NCBI GenBank assembly: GCA_963665325.3
Contig: CAXXWS020000004.1
Span: forward strand, 128,001-192,000
Length of the DNA stretch: 64,000 bases
DNA from: Alphaproteobacteria bacterium
GTDB lineage: Bacteria > Pseudomonadota > Alphaproteobacteria > Bin95
Direction of reading: 5' to 3'
This document shows positions 41,636-51,062 of this stretch, in pieces. Position 1 is the first letter of the stretch. Each line of letters begins with the position of its first letter. The notes below the pieces were generated by a model. The model worked only from the letters and a program-made list of their open reading frames with translations. It did no database searches and was not told where the DNA came from. A program made the position numbers and the translations under genes.

Positions 41636-41950
41636 TGAGGCAACGCTCCCGAATTGGTGAGTCGCTTGGTGTGAACCTGGGTGAGAAGTGCGGAGACGCG
41701 TGTAGCGGCAGAACGTCTCTTTCCGCCTGGCTGGTAGATGCCTTGTGCCGGCTGGCCCACCGCCCCTTTGCTTCGGCGCTGGCGCCGCACGGCTTGGCCA
41801 ACAGGAAATTCTCCGCGATACGTGCCCAAGGGGGCTCCGTATCCCGACAGATGATCCCGGCTGTTCGCGCTCCCAGACAGGAGCGACCCAAGAGCGGCAC
41901 GTACTGCTCGCATTGCCTGCGGTCTTCGTTTAGGGTCTAACCTGCCGCAT

Positions 41951-42250
41951 TCATGCGGAAAACACGCACTGCGATCGGTGGCAATTCCCGGGCATATGCC
42001 ACCCCACAGTCTCTGTTTGGCCCTCGGCCGTGGCGGTCCGCTCAAAGTAGATCGCCGGCATGGCCAGCCTGTCTGCCCTTCCGAAAATTGTGGCCAGCTT
42101 GTTGGTCCGGGAGTCGGACGCGATCCGGTCGAGATCGCTTTGGGTGAGCGCCGGGGCGGCGCCGCTTCCGCCCCCGCCGCCTCCACACGCCGTCAGGGAG
42201 AGCGCGGCAGCCCCCGCAACCGCCGTTGACAGCAACACTCTACTTGTCAT
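41951..42250 (-). pseudogene. Lipoprotein (lipobox LTAC + Gly/Ser linker), probably truncated
   Basis: GAGG RBS; MTSRVLLSTAVAGAAALSLTACGGGGGGSG; only 99 aa; AT-rich upstream region 42270-42330. Confidence 0.65.
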
Positions 42251-42577
42251 CCTCTTCTCCCGTTGTTGGGCAATTGGAATGAACAATTTATTCATAAAAA
42301 TACATAATGAAAATATTTATTTCAATATACGGGCGCTCATCTCACAGGTATGCATCCGGAGAGGGCCGCAGGGTGTGTAGCTGTGGATCCGGGTTGGCTA
42401 TGCCGTTTCGGAATATCGGCGCGCCTTCCAAACGGGAGGGAAATGAGAAATAATCTGTCGAAAACCGGTCGGGCAGCGGACTTGTCTGGAACTATGAACG
42501 CCAGCCGATCTTCGCCTGATGCCGCCCCCGTTCGGATCCTAAACGCAATCCCGCCTGCTCAAGATAATACGGGCCTC

Positions 42578-42593
42578 CCTCCCAATTAGGAGG
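42578..42593. promoter_or_regulatory. Candidate operator palindrome upstream of the LuxR-like gene
   Basis: CCTCCCAATTAGGAGG, 14/16 self-complementary. Confidence 0.4.
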
Positions 42594-42688
42594 TATAAAC
42601 ATGATGCATGGCCAATTACTATTGTTCGCATGAAGCAATCCGAAGAACGCGCCATGTCCTGCGGCTTGCGGCCCGGGACAAATCCTCG

Positions 42689-42905
42689 ATGAGCCGGCAG
42701 GAGTTGTTCGAACGCCTTCTCGGCTCGCTGCACGAAGCCGTGCTCGACGACACGCTGTGGCCGCAGACATCGCGCCTGATCGACGAGGCCTTCGCGTCCA
42801 GGGGCAATTTCCTGGTGACCGGAGACGGGAACGCGCCCGACGATATCGACATCTTCTTCGCGCGCTTCTGCTTCAACGGCCAGCGCCGCGAGGACCTAGA
42901 GCAAT
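42689..42905 (+). pseudogene. LuxR-family (PAS-HTH) regulator N-terminus, interrupted by IS21
   Basis: MSRQELFERLL.SLHE..LDD..WP...IFFARFCF.G.RREDLE is homologous to 62993 onward and stops at the IS21 TGTCAACG end. Confidence 0.8.
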
Positions 42906-43460
42906 TGTCAACGGCGGAGCAAGAATGTACCGGTGGGGCGGCGCAAGAATGTACCACGGGCTTGGCGGTAGCTTGTCCCCATAGTCCATGGGAGGGCCCT
43001 GTGGTCTATGGGGGCAAGCGGGTTATTCGGACGAAGTCCGTCGTCGCGATCGGCTCTGCTTGAGCCTGTAGCTTTCGCCGTTCATCTCCAGGATGTGGAC
43101 ATGGTGGGTGATGCGGTCGAGCAGCGCGCCGGTGAGGCGTTCGCTGGCGAAGACCGAGGTCCATTCCTGGAAGGGCAGGTTCGAGGTGACGATGGTGGCG
43201 CCGTTTTCGTAGCGGCGGCTGAAGACGTCGAACAGCTGCTCGCTTCCGCTCTGCGAGAGGGGCACGTAGCCGAGTTCGTCGACGATCAGCAGGCTGGCCC
43301 TGGCGAGCTGGTCCTGGAGGCGGAGCAGCCTCTTCTCGTCGCGCGCCTCGATCATCTCGTGGACGAGCTGGGAGGCGGTGGTGAAGCGCACGGCGAGGCC
43401 CTTCTGGCAGGCGGCGAGGCCGAGAGCCAGGGCGATGTGCGTCTTGCCGCTGCCGGACGA
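42906..43460 (-). mobile_element. IS21-family remnant (one end + truncated istB)
   Basis: Terminal TGTCAACGGCGGAGCAAGAATGTACC with internal repeat GCAAGAATGTACCA; istA is absent. Confidence 0.88.
43023..43460 (-). pseudogene. istB: IS21 helper ATPase IstB, 5'-truncated
   Basis: SGSGKTHIA..LG, VDELGYVP, TSNLPF.EW..VF, ALLDRITHH.HILEMNGESYRL. Confidence 0.88.
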
Positions 43461-43591
43461 TCCAGTCCCATACTGCCCATGATCCGGGTGGCGTAGCGAC
43501 GATCCACTACCCGTTTCTGAAGACGACGCAGGGATGCGCGGCCAGCAGGAACCAGGTGCTGGGCTGGTGGATGCGCATCACCGTCATCTGG

Positions 43592-44811
43592 TGTAAAAGC
43601 CAAGACTTGATTTGACATTGCTGCCTTATCGGCTTGGTGGGTGTCAGAGATGTGGCAGCTGTCGGCGGTCAAGCAGCAGGTAGCAGTTTCTCCCGTGCAA
43701 GATGTGCGGTGTCAAGGAAGGTCGCCATCGGGGTCTTTCCGTAACACCATCGTCCCTGATGGGCCCGCGTCTCGTTGTATTCGCGGATCCAGCCATCGAG
43801 ATCGTGCTGCAGCTCCTCGACCGAGGCGTAGACCTTCTTTCGGAACGCCACGCGGTAGAACTCGTTGAGCACCGTCTTGTGGAAGCGCTCGACAATGCCG
43901 TTGGTCTGCGGGCTCCTGGTCTTTGTGCGGCTGTGATCGATGTTCTCGACCGCGAGGTAGAGTTCGTATTCGTGCCGCTCCGGGTTGCCGCAATATTCGG
44001 TGCCGCGGTCGGTCAGGATGCGCAGCAGCATCACCTCCTGCTCGTCGAAGAAGGGGATCACCCGGTCGTTGAGCAGCTCAGCCGCGCAGATCGGCGTCTT
44101 GCGGTCGTAGAGCTTGGCGAAGGCGACCTTCGAGTAGCTATCGATGAAGGTCTGCTGGTAGATGCGCCCCACGCCCTTCATGATGCCGACATAGAAGGTG
44201 TCCTGGGCGCCGCAGTAGCCCGGATGCTCGCTCTCGAAGGCGCCGTGCGCTTCCTTGTCGGCCTTGGCCTTCTCGAGCGCCGCGATCTGGTCTTCGGTTA
44301 ACACGAGGCCGTCCTGTGCGGCCTTGGCCTCCAGCGCCTTCAGACGCTTGTTCATGTTCTCCAGGTCGTGGCGATGCCACACGCAGCGCACCCCGGCTGG
44401 CGAGACCGACAGGCCGCGCGAGCGCAGCGCGTTCGACACCCGCACCTGGCCCCAGGCCGGCTGGTCGATCGCCAGCGCCACCACCGCCTCCTCGATCTCC
44501 GGCGCCACCCGATTCCTCAGGATCGGCTTCGAGCGGCTGATCTCCGTCAGGGCCGCTTCCCCACCTTTGTCGTAGAGCTCCTTGAAGCGGTAGAAGCTGT
44601 CCCGGCTGTAGCCCATCATCTTGCAGGCCTGGCTGACATTGCCGAGCTGCTTGGCCAGCTCCAGCAGGCCCACCTTCGCTCGAAGGATCTTCTGGTCCTT
44701 GGTCATCCTCAGGTTCCTTTTCGGGCGACCACGGACCAGGGCATGCCCCGCCCCGTGGTCAGGAACCCGCCAGTTATTACCAATCTGTCAGATTAAGTCA
44801 AAGCTAATACA
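43592..44811 (-). mobile_element. IS481-family insertion sequence
   Basis: 26-bp imperfect IRs TGTAAAAGCCAAGACTTGATTTGACA and TGTATTAGCTTTGACTTAATCTGACA; no target duplication visible. Confidence 0.9.
43669..44706 (-). CDS. IS481-family transposase
   Basis: [56 protein letters not shown]. Confidence 0.95.
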   Translation of the reverse strand: MTKDQKILRAKVGLLELAKQLGNVSQACKMMGYSRDSFYRFKELYDKGGEAALTEISRSKPILRNRVAPEIEEAVVALAIDQPAWGQVRVSNALRSRGLSVSPAGVRCVWHRHDLENMNKRLKALEAKAAQDGLVLTEDQIAALEKAKADKEAHGAFESEHPGYCGAQDTFYVGIMKGVGRIYQQTFIDSYSKVAFAKLYDRKTPICAAELLNDRVIPFFDEQEVMLLRILTDRGTEYCGNPERHEYELYLAVENIDHSRTKTRSPQTNGIVERFHKTVLNEFYRVAFRKKVYASVEELQHDLDGWIREYNETRAHQGRWCYGKTPMATFLDTAHLAREKLLPAA

Positions 44812-45191
44812 AGTCATGGGCCTTCTCATCTATGCCCTGTGTCTGCAGGGGCGGGTTCATCCGGCAGCCGGTGCCGCCGCACGAAATATGAACCGCATCC
44901 TGGGAACATACATCTCGCGGAGGACATCCCCGGCCAACGCAATCGGGATCAGGAATCGATCAAGCGATGGATCGCGCTCCGTGGGCGTCGTGCGTCCTTG
45001 CAGCAGAGGCTTCCATTTCAGTTTCGCTGTCGTGTCCTCATCGTATGCATTCACGGAATCTCCGCGCTCCGATCTATCTGTGAAAAGCCGGCCGCCGCCT
45101 ATGTCAACCGTCCCGCGGCAGATATACTCCCCGTCGCAAACAGGCCGGCGCAGTGGTTGCCTGTGGCCGAATCGCAAAGGGAGGAACAGCC

Positions 45192-46376
45192 ATGAAGCAG
45201 ATGCAATGGACGCGCCGCGCGTTCATGTATGCGACGTCGAGCATCGGCGCGGCTGCAATGTTGGGGCGGATTCCGGGCGCCTTGGCCGCAGATGGCCAAG
45301 CGCTCAAGATCTGGGCCAATCCGGGCGTGCACAAGGTCGGCGCCAAGGACTGGAGCGCCATGGAGGCCCAGGGCGGCATTTCTATTGCCGCGACCGCGAA
45401 GAGCGCGCGGGCCGACGAGGCGATCCAGAAGATGGTCGTGGGCGACGGCAACAAGCTCTTCGATGCGGTCACCGACAATGGAGGCGGCATGGAAGACGCG
45501 CTGGCCTCGCAGGGCGCCATCGTGCCGCTCGACACGAGCCGGATTCCCAACTGGAAGAATATCCTGCCCGTCTATAACGAAGACGGCCTCGCCGCTCACA
45601 CGATCCGCTATGAGGGCCAAGTCTATTCGACGCCGATGATCTCGAATGCCGATTCCATGGCGTACGATTTCAAGGAACTCAGTTTCCATCCGGATAGCTG
45701 GGGCATCATGTTTGACGCCCAGTTCAAGGGCCGCGTCGCGCTGCAGAACGATTTCGGGCCGACGCTCACCAATATGGCCATCTATCTGAAGGAAAGCGGC
45801 AAGATCGAGATCGAGAACCCCTCCGACATGAAGCCCAAGGAGGTGCAGGCGGTCTGCGAGTTCCTGATCGACTGGAAGAAGAAGGGCCAGTTCCGCACTT
45901 TCTGGGACGGGTTCCAGAACGGCGTCGGCATTCTGGCCAGCGGCGAAGTGCTGATGTCGTCCTGCTGGGAACCGATCCAGATCATCGCGAACCGCAAGAC
46001 CGGCGACAAGGCCGACGTCCGCTATGGCACCATGAAAGAGGGCCACCAGACCTGGAACAACATGATCATGTTGACCAAGGGCGGGCGCGAGCGCGGCGCG
46101 GACGAGCTCTACTACAAGCTCGCCAATGTGTATCTCTCGCCCTGGTTCGGCGCGCGGACCCTGTCGGGACTGGGATTTGCGCCACAGATGTTAGGTGTGG
46201 ACGAGTACATTAAGGCGCACCCGGAAGACTTCGCGCCCGATGTGCAGGAGTCCGTGCTCGACATCCTCACGCGCAAGAACGCCCGCTTCGCCGTCACGGG
46301 CAATGCGTGGCAGAACGTCTTCCCGACCCATATTCGCGCCTATCAGGACTGGTGGGCGCGCCTCCAGGCGGCCTGA
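45192..46376 (+). CDS. PotD/PotF-like ABC substrate-binding protein with Tat-type signal
   Basis: GGAGG RBS; TRRAFM; PLDTSRIPNWKN, SWGIMFD..FKGRVAL, LASGEV. Confidence 0.88.
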   Translation: MKQMQWTRRAFMYATSSIGAAAMLGRIPGALAADGQALKIWANPGVHKVGAKDWSAMEAQGGISIAATAKSARADEAIQKMVVGDGNKLFDAVTDNGGGMEDALASQGAIVPLDTSRIPNWKNILPVYNEDGLAAHTIRYEGQVYSTPMISNADSMAYDFKELSFHPDSWGIMFDAQFKGRVALQNDFGPTLTNMAIYLKESGKIEIENPSDMKPKEVQAVCEFLIDWKKKGQFRTFWDGFQNGVGILASGEVLMSSCWEPIQIIANRKTGDKADVRYGTMKEGHQTWNNMIMLTKGGRERGADELYYKLANVYLSPWFGARTLSGLGFAPQMLGVDEYIKAHPEDFAPDVQESVLDILTRKNARFAVTGNAWQNVFPTHIRAYQDWWARLQAA

Positions 46377-46382
46377 CCGGCC

Positions 46383-47321
46383 GTGACAGGTGCGGCGGAC
46401 AGCAGCCCGCCGCCGGCGCAGAGGGGCCGGGAGCTTCCGGCCCCTCCCGCCCGATGGCGGCAATATCTCGGCGAGGACGGCATCCGGAGATGGGTGTTCT
46501 ATATTCCCGTCGTTTTCTTCGTCCTGTTCTTCGCAGCGCCGATGGCGCTCACAGTGGTGTGGAGCGTTTTCGAACGCACGCAGTTCTGGATGGAGCCGGG
46601 TTTCACCCTGTTCGCCTACGATAATTTCTTCACATCCGCGCGGGCTGAAAACTACCTGTACTCCATGCTGCATGCGGCAGCCTCAGTCCTGATTTCATTC
46701 GTAATCGGCTTCCCGATCGCCGTGTTCATACGCCGGCGGGTGACCAGGGCGGCGCAGCACCGGGTCATTCTGCTGTTCATCCTGCCGTTCATGATTTCGG
46801 AGCTGGTGCGGGTTTTCGCCATGCGCCCGGTATTGGGCCGCAATGGCGTCGTCAATTCCGTCCTCATGGACCTGGGTATCCTGTCGGAGCCGATCACCGC
46901 CATCCTGTATTCGCCGCTCGGCGTCATCATCGGCGACGTCATGTCGTTCTTGCCGTTCATGATCTTTGCGGGCTTCCTCGCGCTGGAAGCGGTGCAGAAC
47001 TATGTCTTCGAGGTTTGCGACGATCTGGGCACCGGGCGGGTGCGCCTCTTTACCGATATCGTCCTGCCTCTGGCCGCGCCTGGCATATTCGCCGGCAGCG
47101 TGTTCATCTTCGTTAACTCGATGGGCGTGGCCCTGGTGCCGACGCTGCTCGGCGGGCCGGGCGCCGTCAATGCAGGGCTGATCGCCAATCAGGCCATAGT
47201 CGCCCTCGATTTTCCGCTGGCCATGGCGATCAGCACTATCATGATCTTTACCCTCGTCTTGCTGCTTTATATCGGCCACCGGCTGTTCGACCTGACCAAG
47301 ATCCTCGAACCGATCAGCTGA
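46383..47321 (+). CDS. PotB-like ABC permease
   Basis: GFPIA, LPF.ISELVR.FA, NGVVN.VL..LG, LPFMI, PTLLGGP. Confidence 0.88.
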   Translation: MTGAADSSPPPAQRGRELPAPPARWRQYLGEDGIRRWVFYIPVVFFVLFFAAPMALTVVWSVFERTQFWMEPGFTLFAYDNFFTSARAENYLYSMLHAAASVLISFVIGFPIAVFIRRRVTRAAQHRVILLFILPFMISELVRVFAMRPVLGRNGVVNSVLMDLGILSEPITAILYSPLGVIIGDVMSFLPFMIFAGFLALEAVQNYVFEVCDDLGTGRVRLFTDIVLPLAAPGIFAGSVFIFVNSMGVALVPTLLGGPGAVNAGLIANQAIVALDFPLAMAISTIMIFTLVLLLYIGHRLFDLTKILEPIS

Positions 47322-47328
47322 GCCGGCC

Positions 47329-48219
47329 ATGTACGACGATTTCGCCAGTCCCTGGAACATCCGGCTCAAATGGGCGTATCTGCTGGCGGTCGTGTTCGCA
47401 CTGCTGATGCCGGTCTTCTACACGATCGGTATCTCCTTCAATCAGCACGGTTTCGGCGCCCGGATTTACGAATTCACCTTCGATTGGTACCGGGTGGTTC
47501 TCGGCGACACACTGCTGGTCGTGTCGCTCAAATGGACGCTGTATCTGGCTTTGGCGACGATAGCGGCGACCATTCCGATGGCGCTTCTGTCGGCCAAATT
47601 TTACAAGCGGACCCGGCGCAAGGTCGGCTTCGTCGCGCTTATGCTCTCGCCGCTGTTTGTGCCGGCGGACATCATGGGTTCGAGCCTGCTGGTGTTTTTC
47701 AAGAACCTTGCCAGGGGGTTTGCCTGGCTCGGCGGCACTCTGGGCGTCGGCTGGTTCGACGGCTGGTTCGACCTGGGTTTCCTCACCGCGGTCATCGGTC
47801 AGATCATTTACACCCATCCCTATGCGTTCATCGTTATCCTGATAACGATGTCACGTTACCGCGTGCAGCAGACCGAGGCCGCCAGGGCTTGCGGCGCCAC
47901 TGCCTGGCAGGCCTTCTGGCATGTCGAGTTTCCGCAAATTCGCGTCGGTGTGTTCAGCTCCTGCGCGTTCGTTACCATCCTGTCGTTCAACGAAGCCGTG
48001 CGCACGGCGCTACTGAAGGGCGGGTTCGACACATTCTCCAACATGCTGGTCGCGCAGATGCTCAATATCGGCATGTCCGGCGAATCCTACGCCATGGCCG
48101 GTATAATGAGCATCGTGTCGATGCTGGTGATCGGGACGGTGATCGTCTACACCCTGGTGCGCGCCGAGCGGCTGGAACGCAGGGCGCGCGCCATGGCCGA
48201 GCCGGTGATGTCCAGTTGA
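47329..48219 (+). CDS. PotC-like ABC permease
   Basis: ISFN, FTFDWY, PL.VP.DI.G, EAARACGA, F...SFNE. Confidence 0.88.
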   Translation: MYDDFASPWNIRLKWAYLLAVVFALLMPVFYTIGISFNQHGFGARIYEFTFDWYRVVLGDTLLVVSLKWTLYLALATIAATIPMALLSAKFYKRTRRKVGFVALMLSPLFVPADIMGSSLLVFFKNLARGFAWLGGTLGVGWFDGWFDLGFLTAVIGQIIYTHPYAFIVILITMSRYRVQQTEAARACGATAWQAFWHVEFPQIRVGVFSSCAFVTILSFNEAVRTALLKGGFDTFSNMLVAQMLNIGMSGESYAMAGIMSIVSMLVIGTVIVYTLVRAERLERRARAMAEPVMSS

Positions 48220-48250
48220 CCGGCAAGCTAAACCAGCGACTCAGGAAGTC

Positions 48251-49351
48251 ATGACCGAATCCGCCGCTATAGCCGTGGAAGTTGTCGAGATCGGCAAGAA
48301 TTACGGCGCTGTCACGGCGCTGAAATCTGTCAGTTTTTCCATCGAGAGCGGCAAGTACTACGCGCTGCTGGGACCGAGCGGCGGCGGAAAGACGACGTTG
48401 CTGCGCCTGATCGGAGGCTTCCTGCGGCCGAGCGCCGGGCATGTCTATCTGCACGGTCGCGATGTGAGCCACCTGCCGCCCAACCGGCGGCCGACCTCGA
48501 TGGTATTCCAGAACTACGCGCTGTTCCCGCATATGACTGTGGAGCGCAATGTCGCCTACGGGCTGAAGCTGATCAAGGTTCCGGCGGGCGACATTCGCGA
48601 CAGGGTGGACCGGATGCTCTCCATGGTCGGGCTGGAGGGCTACAACAGGCGCATGCCGCACGAGCTTTCCGGCGGCCAGCAGCAGCGCGTCCAGCTTGCC
48701 CGTTCCCTGGTGCTGGAGCGCGACATCCTGTTGCTCGACGAGCCCCTTGCATCGCTCGACGCCAAGCTGCGCAAGGAGATGTGCTTGGAGTTGAAACGCA
48801 TCCAGGAAAAGGTCGGCATCACCTTCATCCATGTCACCCATAATCAGGAGGAAGCGCTGACCGTGGCCGACCGGATCGCCATCATCGCGGATGGAGAACT
48901 GGTCGAGGAGGGAACGGCGCGGGACGTTTACGAGACTCCGAACAAGCGCTTCACCGCCGAGTTCATTGGCGACAACAACGTGCTGGAAGGCACCGTTTCG
49001 CACACTTCGGACACCCGGGTCGCGCTTGACCTCGATTTCGCGAAGGTCGAAATCCCCGCGCCGGGCGCCGCCCTGTCCGCAGGCGAACGCGCGGCCTTCT
49101 CGATCCGCTCCGAACTGCTGCGCATTGCCGGTCGCGGCGAGGATATGGGCGCTTCCTGGCAGGTCATCCCTGCAAGCTATGTGGAAGACGTCTATCTGGG
49201 CCTCACCGTTTCGCATCTCGTCCGGCTGCCCGACGGGACGGAGGCTGTCGCGCGGGTTATATCGGGCGACGGCGACGAGAACCGCTTCGAACCGGGACAG
49301 GAGGTGGCCGTCGGATGGCCCACCGACCGTGCCCGCCTGCACATCGCCTGA
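48251..49351 (+). CDS. PotA-like ABC ATP-binding protein
   Basis: GPSGGGKT, VFQNYALFPH, LSGGQQQR, LLDEP, VTHNQEEA, TOBE tail. Confidence 0.93.
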   Translation: MTESAAIAVEVVEIGKNYGAVTALKSVSFSIESGKYYALLGPSGGGKTTLLRLIGGFLRPSAGHVYLHGRDVSHLPPNRRPTSMVFQNYALFPHMTVERNVAYGLKLIKVPAGDIRDRVDRMLSMVGLEGYNRRMPHELSGGQQQRVQLARSLVLERDILLLDEPLASLDAKLRKEMCLELKRIQEKVGITFIHVTHNQEEALTVADRIAIIADGELVEEGTARDVYETPNKRFTAEFIGDNNVLEGTVSHTSDTRVALDLDFAKVEIPAPGAALSAGERAAFSIRSELLRIAGRGEDMGASWQVIPASYVEDVYLGLTVSHLVRLPDGTEAVARVISGDGDENRFEPGQEVAVGWPTDRARLHIA

Positions 49352-49373
49352 TGATCGCCCTGATGCGGCGGGA

Positions 49374-51062
49374 CTACCCTTCGGAGCCTCCTGAGAGGCC
49401 GTAGTCCGCCCTTGCGGCCCTCTCGGTGATGTAGCCGTCCTTCAGGTCTTCCGCGACACGCGCCGGGTCGCGCTCGCCGGGGTCGCCATAACCCCCGCCG
49501 CCGGCAGACTGGAGATGCACCAGCGTACCGGGAGCAAGGTCGATATAGGGTGTCTTGCTTGGCAACACCCGTTCCCGGTCGAAGCCGGGGTCCAGCACAT
49601 ACCGCGCAGTCGCGCCCGGCATTCCGCCGGACAGGCCGGTCGGCTGCGTCTCGTGCCGGTCGGCGCAGAGGCATATCCGGGCGCCGCCGGTTTCCACGCG
49701 GAAGGCGCGGACAAAGCCGTTGCCACCGCGGAAGCGGCCGGCGCCGCCCGTATCGGGAACAATTTCGTAGGCCTCGAAAAACAGCGGATTTTCCATCTCG
49801 TCCGCTTCTATCGGGACGTGGCCCGCATTGCCCGGCCCGTAGCGGATGGCGTTCATCCCGTCGCGGGAAGCGCGCGCGCCGTACGCGCCGGAGGAAAGTT
49901 CGAGTGTGGTGAAATAGCCCCCGCCGTCTTCCTGCCGTCGGCGGCCCGCTATGACAGCAGTGCCGGTCGACCCCGATCCGCTGGCGATAGCCCGCTCTCC
50001 GACGGCGCCGGCGAGCGCCGCCATGGTCGCGTCCAGCACGCGGTAGCAGACCTCGCCGAATCCCACCATCGAAGCCGGTTTCCGGGCATCGACCAGAGAT
50101 CCGGGCCGGGTCCTGACAGCAATCGGTCTGTAGCTACCGGCATTGGGCGGGTTCTCGGGGTCCGTGATCGACTTTATGGCGTATTGCACGGCCGATGCGG
50201 CAGCCGAATGGGAGCAGTTCATGCCGCCAGCGGACTGCTCGCTGCTGCCGCTCAAATCGGCGACGATGTCGCTGCCGCAAATGTCGATCCGAACATCGAC
50301 CCATGTTTTCCCGTTCGACTGTCCGTCCCCGTCGAGGCAGTCCCGGGCGCGGTAGGTCCCGTCGGGGAACTCCGCGATGCGTGCGCGCGTCATCCGTTCC
50401 GACCGGGCAACGATCTCGTCCATCGCCGCCTTCAGCGTGCCGAGGCCGTATCGCACAGCCAGCGCGTCCAGGCGACGCCCTGCGGTTTCGCACGAAGCGT
50501 ATTGCGCGCGCAGGTCGCCCAGGCCGACCGACCGGTTACGGATATTCGACATGATCATCTCGAAGACGCCCGGATTGGGGCGTCCGGCTTCGAACAGCTT
50601 CACCGGCGGAATAAAAATGCCTTCCTGGTGGATGTCGGAGGTTGCCGGGGAATAGCTCCCGGGTCCCATGCCGCCAATATCCGCCCAATGGCCGCGATTG
50701 CAGGCAAAGGCGTAAAGCTCGTCCTCGAGGAATACCGGCCGCGCGATAAGCACATCGGGCAGATGCGTGCCGCCGATGAACGGGTCGTTCGTGGCAAGGA
50801 CATCCCCCGGCCGCAGGCTGCTCCGCCCGATTGCCTCGACCGCGCCCTGCAGCTGCAAGGGCATGGTGGTGACATGGATGGGAAAACCGTTGGGGTCCTG
50901 GGCGACGATCTCTCCATCTTCGTTCATCAGGCAGCAGGAGAGGTCTCCCTGTTCCTTCCATAGCTGGGTATAGGCCGTGCGCATGGTCATGATCTTCATG
51001 TCCCGCGCGATGGCGATGAGCGAGCCGTGTAGAACGGCGAGGGAGAAGGCATCGACCGTCAC
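49374..51062 (-). CDS. Hydantoinase B / 5-oxoprolinase family subunit
   Basis: NDPF.GGTHLPD, HWADIGG..PGS, QEG, DTGGAGRFRGG.G, GGGGYGDP.ERD. Confidence 0.93.
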   Translation of the reverse strand: MTVDAFSLAVLHGSLIAIARDMKIMTMRTAYTQLWKEQGDLSCCLMNEDGEIVAQDPNGFPIHVTTMPLQLQGAVEAIGRSSLRPGDVLATNDPFIGGTHLPDVLIARPVFLEDELYAFACNRGHWADIGGMGPGSYSPATSDIHQEGIFIPPVKLFEAGRPNPGVFEMIMSNIRNRSVGLGDLRAQYASCETAGRRLDALAVRYGLGTLKAAMDEIVARSERMTRARIAEFPDGTYRARDCLDGDGQSNGKTWVDVRIDICGSDIVADLSGSSEQSAGGMNCSHSAAASAVQYAIKSITDPENPPNAGSYRPIAVRTRPGSLVDARKPASMVGFGEVCYRVLDATMAALAGAVGERAIASGSGSTGTAVIAGRRRQEDGGGYFTTLELSSGAYGARASRDGMNAIRYGPGNAGHVPIEADEMENPLFFEAYEIVPDTGGAGRFRGGNGFVRAFRVETGGARICLCADRHETQPTGLSGGMPGATARYVLDPGFDRERVLPSKTPYIDLAPGTLVHLQSAGGGGYGDPGERDPARVAEDLKDGYITERAARADYGLSGGSEG

